From: Opitutales bacterium
GTDB taxonomy: Bacteria > Verrucomicrobiota > Verrucomicrobiia > Opitutales > Oceanipulchritudinaceae
Length of the DNA: 64,000 bases
Reading direction: 5' to 3'
NCBI GenBank assembly: GCA_020831585.1
Contig: JAFIGE010000006.1
Span: 1,198 to 65,197, forward strand
The notes beneath the pieces are model-generated. The model ran no database searches. It saw only the letters and a program-made list of their open reading frames with translations, and was not told the origin of the DNA. The translations under genes and the position numbers were made by a program. Numbering within the stretch: the first letter of the stretch is position 1; every line of letters begins with the position of its first letter. Below are positions 19,031-26,496 of this stretch, in pieces.

Positions 19031-19162
19031 CAACCACTGATGCACACCGATGAACACTGATTTTCAGGGGCTTCCCCAATCGGGCGGTTTCACCTTTCGA
19101 GTGAAACCAGATATTTCCGGAAGCTATTCATGATCAGTGGCTATCAGTGCATATCAGTGGTT
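19031..19162. repeat. Dyad-symmetric element with three 10-bp-phased CACTGAT-type heptamers per arm around a central perfect hairpin
   Basis: Left arm: CACTGAT 19035, CACCGAT 19045, CACTGAT 19055. Right arm: ATCAGTG 19133, 19143, 19153. Central hairpin GGTTTCAC(19086-19093)/GTGAAACC(19101-19108), centred at 19097, which is exactly the dyad centre. Confidence 0.9.
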
Positions 19163-19450
19163 CAACTGTGGAATGTAGGTTTATCCGATGCGGGCGGAGG
19201 ATGGGGGCGGCGAGCCCGAGGAGTGAACCAACGTAGCCGGGTGGCCATTCTGGCCCCCGGCCCTGTGGCGTCGCTGGTGAGTGAGGTGCGTGTCAGATTC
19301 GCTTGGCTGCGGATCTGCGCGGAGCCCACGCGCTGACCCCAAGATGGGGTCGCACCACGTCCAGCGCCGCGTCCTTCCACGGGGTGCGGCGCGGTAGTGT
19401 TCGACGGCTGAAGCCGCCGGTCCGATTCACGCCGGTTCAGCGCAGCTTTG

Positions 19451-19741
19451 TCACCCGCTAAATACGTGAACCCTCAAGATAATGACGGCGAGGGTCACAA
19501 CACCTACGGCAATGGCAATTTTTGCTGCCTTCACTCGACCCAGGCCGACCGGAGTTAGGATGTGCTCCGGAGGGATGGGCGATTTAAACAGCGCGGAAAT
19601 ATTTTTTTCCTGCCTTAGCTTCGATTCGTCTACATGCGAGCGGAGAGAAGCGATGCAAAAGACTGCAATCAGAAACGATAGGAAGAGTATCGTTCCACTT
19701 ACGGCCTCAAAGAGAGATAATGGGTCCGTGGCAGGATTCAT
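19451..19741 (-). CDS. Small two-TM membrane protein, hypothetical
   Basis: Start taken at MNPATDPL (ATG 19741), 21 nt after the upstream gene. Two hydrophobic helices. AT-richer than its surroundings. Confidence 0.5.
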   Translation of the reverse strand: MNPATDPLSLFEAVSGTILFLSFLIAVFCIASLRSHVDESKLRQEKNISALFKSPIPPEHILTPVGLGRVKAAKIAIAVGVVTLAVIILRVHVFSG

Positions 19742-19761
19742 CCCTGTCCATCCCCCCGTCT

Positions 19762-20748
19762 TCAATAATACCGGATGAAGGCGTTGCGGCGGAGGCGTTC
19801 GAGCCACTGTTGCTGATCTTGGCGGGCCAGCTGCTGGGCGAGAATCTGCTCAATGCGCTCGCGCACTTCATTGAGGGGCTGGATGCCTTCTTCGCGGATA
19901 TCTTCCACGTAGATGATAAAGGTTTGGTTCCCGATGGAGATGGGGTTGCTATACTCCCCGACTTCCAGAGAGAAGGCCACTTCGGCCATTTCATCGCGGA
20001 CCTGGCGGCGCAACAGCCAGCCCCAGTCTCCCCCGCGGTCGCGCCGGGGATCCTGGCTGAAGCGGGAGGCGACGTCGGCAAAGGGGGTGCCGCGGGCCAG
20101 TTCGTCCATCACGCGCTCGATTTGCTGGCGCATGAGATCGGGGGATTCATCGGCCAGGGGCCGGAGCATGATCACGCGCAAGCGGACGGATTCCTCCTCG
20201 TAAAAGTGGAGCTTGTTCTCGTTGTAGAAGCGCTCGATGCGCTCGGGGCTGATCTGCGATTGGGAGCGGCGGCGTTCGCTGCGCATGGCACCGATGATGA
20301 TATCCTCATGCACCTGGCGGCGAAACTCGCGCACGCTCTTGCCCTGATTACGCAGAAACTCATGGAAGCGCGCGCGGTCGCCCTCAAAGTCTTCCGCGAG
20401 GATTTGATCCATGCGGCTTTCGACGAAGGACTGGGGGATATTGAACTCACGGTTGCGGAATTCACGCAGGATGATGGCGCGGTCGACAAGGCTGCCGAGA
20501 ATTTCCAGATACAGCTCCTCCATTTGCCGGTTGAACTCGGCGCGGGACCGGGAGGCCTCGCGGATACCGGGGATGAGCGGGGCCATTTCCCGACGGATCT
20601 CTTCAAAGGTGATGATCGTATCCTCGACTTCGGCGGCAATGCCTTGGCGGAAGGGCGGGTCCCAGATGTTATGGGGACGCTGGGCCGAGGCGATTCCGGT
20701 GAGGAGCGCGGCCAATAGAAGGCTTAGGCAAAAAATGTGTGGTCTCAT
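19762..20748 (-). CDS. SurA-like periplasmic chaperone / parvulin-type peptidyl-prolyl isomerase
   Basis: Signal peptide MRPHIFCLSLLLAALLTGIASAQ, a SurA_N-like helical region, and the rotamase motif GGDWGWL...F.L..GE.S.PI. Confidence 0.75.
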   Translation of the reverse strand: MRPHIFCLSLLLAALLTGIASAQRPHNIWDPPFRQGIAAEVEDTIITFEEIRREMAPLIPGIREASRSRAEFNRQMEELYLEILGSLVDRAIILREFRNREFNIPQSFVESRMDQILAEDFEGDRARFHEFLRNQGKSVREFRRQVHEDIIIGAMRSERRRSQSQISPERIERFYNENKLHFYEEESVRLRVIMLRPLADESPDLMRQQIERVMDELARGTPFADVASRFSQDPRRDRGGDWGWLLRRQVRDEMAEVAFSLEVGEYSNPISIGNQTFIIYVEDIREEGIQPLNEVRERIEQILAQQLARQDQQQWLERLRRNAFIRYY

Positions 20749-20758
20749 GGTCCGAAAG

Positions 20759-23700
20759 TTAAGGACGCTGGCGTTCAATGATTTGTTCAATCTCGCGCAA
20801 CCGCTTGAGGGGATTGCGTTGGGAGAGGCGGGGAAACCGGCCTCCCATCTTCACATAATCGTCGCGTTGACCGCTCGCACGCAAGCATTTCAAGCGGTTG
20901 CCTTCGGTTTCCACGGAGCGCAGGCCCACTTCTTCGGCGCGGGTGCGGATACAGGTGAGACGGAGCAGGTGAATCGCCGGTGGCGGCGGCTCACCGAAAC
21001 GGTCTTTGAGGGCGGCTTCGATCTCGCGCACTTCGTCGACTGAGGCGGCCATGGCCAGGCGGCGGTAAAAATCGATGCGCAGACGGGTTTCCTCTATGTA
21101 ACTCTCCGGGAGACGGGCTTCCACCGGCGGAATGCGCCCTTCCTCCAGCTCCACTTCTCTGAGCACCCCGAAACGGTCCGTTTCGTCCCGGCCGGACCGC
21201 GCAGCCTGCCCCTCGCCCACGGAGACAAAGTCGAGATTGACCGTGGCGCGGATGCGGGCGGCTGCTTTTTCGCCCTTCAGGCGGGCCACGCTCTGGCGCA
21301 GAAGCTGACAATAGAGTTCAAAACCCACGCTGGCGATGTGGCCGCTTTGCTGGTGCCCGAGAAGGTTGCCCGAGCCCCGCAGCTCCAGGTCGCGCATGGA
21401 GATGCGAAAGCCCGCCCCGAGCTGATTGTATTGGCGCATGGCCGAAAGGCGTTTGCGGGCGAGATCGAGCACACGCGCGTGCCGGTGGAGAAGAAGGTAG
21501 GCGTAGGCCTGACGCTTGAAGCGGCCCACACGACCGCGCAACTGATAAAGCTGCGAGAGCCCGAAACGGTCCGCTCCTTCGATGATGATGGTGTTGCAAT
21601 TGGGGATATCGAGGCCGTTTTCGATAATGGTGGTGCAGACGAGCACATCATACTCGCCCGCCACGAAACGGGTCATGACACGTTCGAGGGTGTGTTCGGG
21701 CATTTGCCCGTGCCCGACGATGACCCGCGCCTTGGGGACGAGTTCGTTGATGAGGCCGGCGACCGAGTCAATCGTTTGCACGCGGTTGTGCAGGTAAAAG
21801 ACCTGCCCGCCCCGCGCCAACTCGTCTTCAATGGCGCGGCGCACAAGGTCGGGATCGTAGCCCCGGACGATCGTTTGGATCGGCAGGCGGTCGACCGGCG
21901 GGGTCTCGATAACGCTGAGATCACGCGCCCCCATGAGCGCCAGATAGAGGGTGCGCGGGATGGGCGTGGCGCTCATCGTGAGGACATCGATATCGGCCTT
22001 GAGGTGCTTCATGCGCTCCTTGTGGCGCACGCCGAAGCGATGCTCTTCATCCACAATGAGCAGCCCCAGTTGCTTGAAACGGATATCGCGCGCAAGCAGG
22101 CGGTGGGTCCCGATGATGATGTCGATGCCGCCCTGGGCCAGTTGTTGCACGATGGCGCTTTGCTCGGCTTGCGTGCGGAAGCGGCTGATCACTTCCACGG
22201 TCACGGGAAAGTCCGCCATGCGCTCCTTGAAGGTGAGAAAGTGCTGCTGCGCGAGGATGGTCGTGGGCACAAGGATGGCCACCTGGTGTCCGTCCATGAC
22301 CGCTTTGAAGGCGGCGCGGATGGCCACCTCGGTCTTGCCGAAACCCACGTCGCCGCAGATGAGGCGGTCCATCGGCCCGGGGCGCTCCATGTCGGCCTTG
22401 GTTTCGGCGATGGCGCGGGCCTGGTCGGGGGTCTCGTTGTAGGGAAAGCTGTCTTCGAAGGCCCGCTGCCAATCGGTATCCGGGCGGAAGGCGTGGCCCT
22501 CGCCCTTCATCCGCTTGGCCTGGAGGCTGAGGAGCTGAGCGGCGAAATCGAGAGTGGCCACCTCGGCGGCCTGCCGCGCCTTTTCCCAAGAGCCCGAGCC
22601 GAGCTTCCCCAGCTTCGGGGAGACTTTGGAGAGCCCCACATAGCGGGTGAGCAGATGCGACTCGTAGAGGGGCACGTGCAGGGTGAGCTTGTCGGCGAAT
22701 TCAAGCGAAATGACCTCCTCCGACTTGCCCCGGACCTCCATGCGTTGCAGTCCGCGGAAGAGGCAGACGCCGTGCGAAAGGTGCACAAGCGGGTCTCCGT
22801 CGTGCAATTCCGCGAAATCGAGGAGGTGGTCGACTTGCGTGCGCGTGGGCAGACGGCGTTTGCGCAGAGCCGCCGGACGCGTGCGGTAGCGCCCGAAGAT
22901 CTCCGCATCCGTCACAACCGTGAGCGGACGCCCGGGGGTTAGCCCCGGCCAGGAGAGCGGGAGGGGCTGCCCCGTGGCCGGGACGAGGCGAAAGCCCGTG
23001 CCCGGATGGCCCACGGCGATGGGCGGGGCAAATCCGGCCAACTCGACTTCTTCCGCAATCACCTCCCGCAGGCGCGCGGCCTCCCCGTCGTTGTGGGCAA
23101 AGATGAGGACGTTTTCCCCGGCGGCCTGCCACGCCGCCAACTGGGCGAGGAAAGCGCTCCGGGCGGCTTCTTCGAGTTCCATCCGCGCCGCGCCCACCCC
23201 CTCTTCCTCAGGCCGCGCCCGGAAAATCTCCAGACCACTCGACTGCAAAGGGTGTTGTGCCGCGGCAGGGGGGAAAAACGATTCCACGCCGTCCAATTCT
23301 GTGAGACCGACAAACCGGCTGCCCTCCTTGGCAAAACGGCGGAAGAGGCTGTCGAATCCGGAACGACGGGTGGCCAGGCGCTCAAAGCGCTGGCTCAACA
23401 CCGGGTGGGCGGCCGCGATGCGGTCGGGCTCCACCCAAAACCAGCGGGTCTGCCCCGCAAAATAGTCGAGAATGTGGGCGCTCCCCGGCGGGGCGGCCCC
23501 ACCGTCGGATTTCGGGGCAATGACAACATCGGTCAGCTCTTCCGTGGAGCGCTGTGTGGTCGGATCGAAGGCCCGCAGCGTATCGATCTCGTCCCCGAAA
23601 AAATCGATCCGCACCGGAGCGGTCGCGTTGATCGGGTAGACATCGATGAGCCCCCCGCGCACGGCAAACTGGCCGGGGTATTCACAGAGGGCTTCGTTGT

Positions 23701-24178
23701 CGTAATCCATCGCCACAAGGGCGCTGCGCACCGCCTCAAACCCGGCCTCGCTGCCCGCGCGGAGACGCAGCTCACGGGCCGACAGCTCCGCCCGCGGGGG
23801 GGCTGGGGCGAAAAAGGCCGGTGCCGTCGTGAGGATAAAGAGGGGGGGGTGGCCAAACGATTCCGGATGGCTCGCCAAGAGGGACAACACGGCCATGCGG
23901 TCGCAGGTTTTTTCGAAGGCCCGTGCGTCATCCGCCTCCGCCTCCGGGGGCTCGGGGAAAATCATTACGCGGGGAGCCTTGTCCACACCCCGCGCGAGCC
24001 GCCCGATCTCGGCAATCGTCGAACCCAGCCCCTCGGCCTCCCCCGAGTCGGGCAGAAAGACGACACAGGGCCCCTCCGCCCCGCCGGCCAGTTCCTCCAA
24101 CAATGCCCCGCGCAGGGCCGGGGCCACACCCGTCAACAAACACGCGGAGGCCGTCCGCGGGAGAACGACCGGTTTCAT
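20759..24178 (-). CDS. mfd: Transcription-repair coupling factor
   Basis: CarD/TRCF domain, DEAD/DEAH-box helicase motifs (GDVGFGKTEVA, DEEHRFG, SATPIPRT) and TRG region. Start taken at ATG 24178, which overlaps the rnc stop (ATGA). Confidence 0.95.
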   Translation of the reverse strand: MKPVVLPRTASACLLTGVAPALRGALLEELAGGAEGPCVVFLPDSGEAEGLGSTIAEIGRLARGVDKAPRVMIFPEPPEAEADDARAFEKTCDRMAVLSLLASHPESFGHPPLFILTTAPAFFAPAPPRAELSARELRLRAGSEAGFEAVRSALVAMDYDNEALCEYPGQFAVRGGLIDVYPINATAPVRIDFFGDEIDTLRAFDPTTQRSTEELTDVVIAPKSDGGAAPPGSAHILDYFAGQTRWFWVEPDRIAAAHPVLSQRFERLATRRSGFDSLFRRFAKEGSRFVGLTELDGVESFFPPAAAQHPLQSSGLEIFRARPEEEGVGAARMELEEAARSAFLAQLAAWQAAGENVLIFAHNDGEAARLREVIAEEVELAGFAPPIAVGHPGTGFRLVPATGQPLPLSWPGLTPGRPLTVVTDAEIFGRYRTRPAALRKRRLPTRTQVDHLLDFAELHDGDPLVHLSHGVCLFRGLQRMEVRGKSEEVISLEFADKLTLHVPLYESHLLTRYVGLSKVSPKLGKLGSGSWEKARQAAEVATLDFAAQLLSLQAKRMKGEGHAFRPDTDWQRAFEDSFPYNETPDQARAIAETKADMERPGPMDRLICGDVGFGKTEVAIRAAFKAVMDGHQVAILVPTTILAQQHFLTFKERMADFPVTVEVISRFRTQAEQSAIVQQLAQGGIDIIIGTHRLLARDIRFKQLGLLIVDEEHRFGVRHKERMKHLKADIDVLTMSATPIPRTLYLALMGARDLSVIETPPVDRLPIQTIVRGYDPDLVRRAIEDELARGGQVFYLHNRVQTIDSVAGLINELVPKARVIVGHGQMPEHTLERVMTRFVAGEYDVLVCTTIIENGLDIPNCNTIIIEGADRFGLSQLYQLRGRVGRFKRQAYAYLLLHRHARVLDLARKRLSAMRQYNQLGAGFRISMRDLELRGSGNLLGHQQSGHIASVGFELYCQLLRQSVARLKGEKAAARIRATVNLDFVSVGEGQAARSGRDETDRFGVLREVELEEGRIPPVEARLPESYIEETRLRIDFYRRLAMAASVDEVREIEAALKDRFGEPPPPAIHLLRLTCIRTRAEEVGLRSVETEGNRLKCLRASGQRDDYVKMGGRFPRLSQRNPLKRLREIEQIIERQRP

Positions 24179-24885
24179 GCAGGTTCCGTTTGCATGGGCA
24201 CCTCCCGCGCGAGGGCTTCCCGTGCGGCGGCCTCTTCCGCTTCTTTCTTCGAAAGCCCCACTCCGCTGCCCCAGGTTTCTCCGTTCACGCGCACCTCCAC
24301 GCGGAAGGTGCGGCGGTGGTCCGGACCGGTGGCCTCCAGCACTTCGTAAGCGATCGCCTCGTTCCCATGAAGGGGCTGGAGCCATTCCTGGAGCCGCCCC
24401 TTCGGGTTTTGCTCCGCCGCCGTCTCCTCCAGATACGCCGGGATGTCGCGAAACCACGGCAAAACCGCTTCCCGCGTGGTCGGGTAGTTGCTGTCCAGAT
24501 AAATCGCCCCCACGAGAGCCTCAAGCGCGTCTTCCAGAATGGAGGCGCGTTCGCGCCCGCCGTTTTGGTTTTCCCCCTCGCTCAAGCGGATAGCCTCGGC
24601 AAGACCCAGCTCGCGGGCCAGCCGGGCGAGCATCGGGCCGCGGGCCAGGAGGGCGCGGTATTGCGTGAGCCGACCCTCCCGTTCTTTGGGAAAGAGCGCG
24701 CACAGGTGCTCGGCCAACAGCATACCCAGCACCGCATCGCCCAAAAACTCCAGGCGTTGGTTGTGTTCCGTGGGGGTGGTCGCCGTCTGGGCGAAAGAGG
24801 GGTGGGTGAGGGCGCGGCGGAGCCACTCGCGGTTGCGAAAGGTATAGCCAAGACGCTTCTCCAGTGCCGCCCAACCCGCCATCAC
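24175..24885 (-). CDS. rnc: Ribonuclease III
   Basis: NQRLEFLGDAVL signature plus a C-terminal dsRBD (KGRLQEWLQ...). GTG 24885 or ATG 24882 as start. The ATG overlaps the parA stop by 1 nt (TGATG). Confidence 0.92.
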   Translation of the reverse strand: MMAGWAALEKRLGYTFRNREWLRRALTHPSFAQTATTPTEHNQRLEFLGDAVLGMLLAEHLCALFPKEREGRLTQYRALLARGPMLARLARELGLAEAIRLSEGENQNGGRERASILEDALEALVGAIYLDSNYPTTREAVLPWFRDIPAYLEETAAEQNPKGRLQEWLQPLHGNEAIAYEVLEATGPDHRRTFRVEVRVNGETWGSGVGLSKKEAEEAAAREALAREVPMQTEPA

Positions 24886-25670
24886 TTTCCTTTTTTCAGG
24901 CCGAACCGCTTGCGCACCTCCTTCGCCAACTCGGTATAGGCGGTGGCTCCGGGGCTGAGCGGATCATACTCAAAAATCGTCTTCCCAAAGCTCGGGGCCT
25001 CGCCCAGGCGAATCGTTCGCGGAATGACGGCCTTGAAAATCTCCTGCGGAAAGTGCGTCGTCACCTCCTGCACGACCTGACGGCTCAGGTTGGTGCGGAT
25101 GTCGAACATCGTCATCACGATGCCGCCCAGCTCGAGTTTTTTGTTCACCCCGGCCGAGCGCAGGTCATCCTTCACCTTGAGAATCTGCCCCAGCCCCTCC
25201 AAGGCGAGGTATTCGCATTGCAGGGCGATGAGCAAGTAATCGGCCGTGGCCAGGGCATTCATGGAAACCAGGCCGAGAGCCGGCGGGCAATCGATAACGA
25301 TCGCGTCAAAATCATCCCCCTTGCGCAAAGGCTCCAGGTGTGTGCGCAGTTGCAGCAGGTAGTTGTCCCGGCGGCTCAACTCCGTCTCCAGGGCCGCCAA
25401 ATCCACCTCAGCCGGGATCATCCAGAGGTGCGGGCGACCCGTTTCGACGATTTTCTCCGCTGCCCCGCCCTCACCGTGAAAGACCCCAAACAAGCTCGCT
25501 CCCTCCGTCTTCGGGAGGCCCAGGCCACTCGTCGCATTGGCCTGTGGATCCAGGTCGATGAGGAGCGTCCGCACCCTTTTCGCCGCCAGCGCCGCCGCCA
25601 AATGCACCGCCGTGGTCGTTTTCCCGACCCCCCCCTTTTGATTCGCGATTGTGAAAACCATTGCTCCCAT
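24882..25670 (-). CDS. parA: ParA/Soj family chromosome-partitioning ATPase
   Basis: Deviant Walker A ANQKGGVGKTTT and LLIDLDPQANAT. Confidence 0.9.
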   Translation of the reverse strand: MGAMVFTIANQKGGVGKTTTAVHLAAALAAKRVRTLLIDLDPQANATSGLGLPKTEGASLFGVFHGEGGAAEKIVETGRPHLWMIPAEVDLAALETELSRRDNYLLQLRTHLEPLRKGDDFDAIVIDCPPALGLVSMNALATADYLLIALQCEYLALEGLGQILKVKDDLRSAGVNKKLELGGIVMTMFDIRTNLSRQVVQEVTTHFPQEIFKAVIPRTIRLGEAPSFGKTIFEYDPLSPGATAYTELAKEVRKRFGLKKGK

Positions 25671-25723
25671 AAGCCCCGCAGTGTCCTCCCGCCCCCCAAT
25701 TGAGTCTAGCCGAAAATGCCTTT

Positions 25724-25752
25724 ATGATATAACCGGTATAAATACTTGACGC
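25724..25752 (-). promoter_or_regulatory. AT-rich promoter-like box (GCGTCA-N17-TATCAT, spacer AGTATTTATACCGGTTA) upstream of parA
   Basis: 53 nt separate the -10-like hexamer from the parA ATG. A 24-bp core is identical to the box at 25939-25962. Confidence 0.45.
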
Positions 25753-25804
25753 ACGCGCAATCAGTCCCCCGGCTATTCCGAATGACGAGGGAAACACACA
25801 AGAA

Positions 25805-25845
25805 TAGACTAACCGGTAAAATATATTGGTAAAATATATTGACAC
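25805..25845 (-). promoter_or_regulatory. AT-rich promoter-like box containing a tandem 13-bp duplication (GGTAAAATATATT x2)
   Basis: Minus-strand reading: GTGTCAATATATTTTACCAATATATTTTACCGGTTAGTCT. Confidence 0.35.
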
Positions 25846-25935
25846 GGCTAGGCTGGGATCGATCGCAGGGCGGCTGAGTTCATGTATTTACGGATGTTTG
25901 GCTTACAAGGCGAGGTGATGAGTGAAGCGTCCCAT

Positions 25936-25964
25936 ATAATATAACCGGTATAAATACTTGACCG
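25936..25964 (-). promoter_or_regulatory. AT-rich promoter-like box (CGGTCA-N17-TATTAT)
   Basis: Same 24-bp core as the parA-proximal box. No obvious gene follows directly. Confidence 0.4.
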
Positions 25965-26496
25965 GTGTTGGGTGGCGATTGCCGGGGCGTGTGTGTGATG
26001 AGAAACGCAACCGATAGGGGTGTGGGCATCGGTATTCATGTGCATCTGCGCGTCACCACTTAGATTGATTTCCGATTAAACAACCGCTTACTCTGACTTT
26101 GTCGGTTGTGCGATTTTAACTCTTTTGTTTTTGATATTCTTTGCTTTAATTGCCCGGCCAATCGCGCTCATTCTTTGAGATTCGTTCGCATGCCTTGGAG
26201 GGTTTGCGGAAGATCTTGGAAGACGAGGGTGCCACCGAGGAAGAAATTGCCATCGCTCTCGCGAGGGCCGAATATCAGATGGACCGAAGGCACGGCACAC
26301 TTGAGTTTCTACGGTCAATGGCGGGTGGGGCGTCGATTTCTGCAATGGAAGCCCACGCACGTCACGGGAACAGGCGGATGAGGGAATCCTGTTCGCATGG
26401 AAAATGAACGAAGATGGCCGTATTTTGGGAGCAGAGCTGATCCTGTATCCCTATGAATATTGCCTCCACCGGGATTCCGGCTAAAGAGCGATGCGG

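Noticed and set aside
18990-19200. Replication origin (oriC) hypothesis for the GH130 upstream region
   Set aside because: Only 7/9 matches to the DnaA box were seen (TTATCCTAA 19009, TGTGGAATG 19168, TTATCCGAT 19179). There is no clear AT-rich unwinding element and no dnaA/dnaN nearby. This is insufficient, so it is kept only as a remote alternative for the phased-repeat element.
19170-19450. Non-coding GC-rich stretch examined for tmRNA, RNase P, SRP or 6S RNA. The same was done for 62557-62925.
   Set aside because: I could not find any of the conserved signature strings of these RNAs (for example the tRNA-like 3' end or the RNase P GGAAAGUCC-type core). A covariance-model scan would be needed.
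21338-24349. Plus-strand ORFs 21338..22942 and 23006..24349 (534 and 447 aa)
   Set aside because: Shadows opposite mfd, whose helicase and TRCF motifs are unambiguous on the minus strand.
24179-24457. N-terminal 93-codon extension of the mfd ORF
   Set aside because: It overlaps the rnc coding region, has arbitrary Gly/Arg-rich content, and the ATG at 24178 gives a normal Mfd N-terminus with ATGA coupling.
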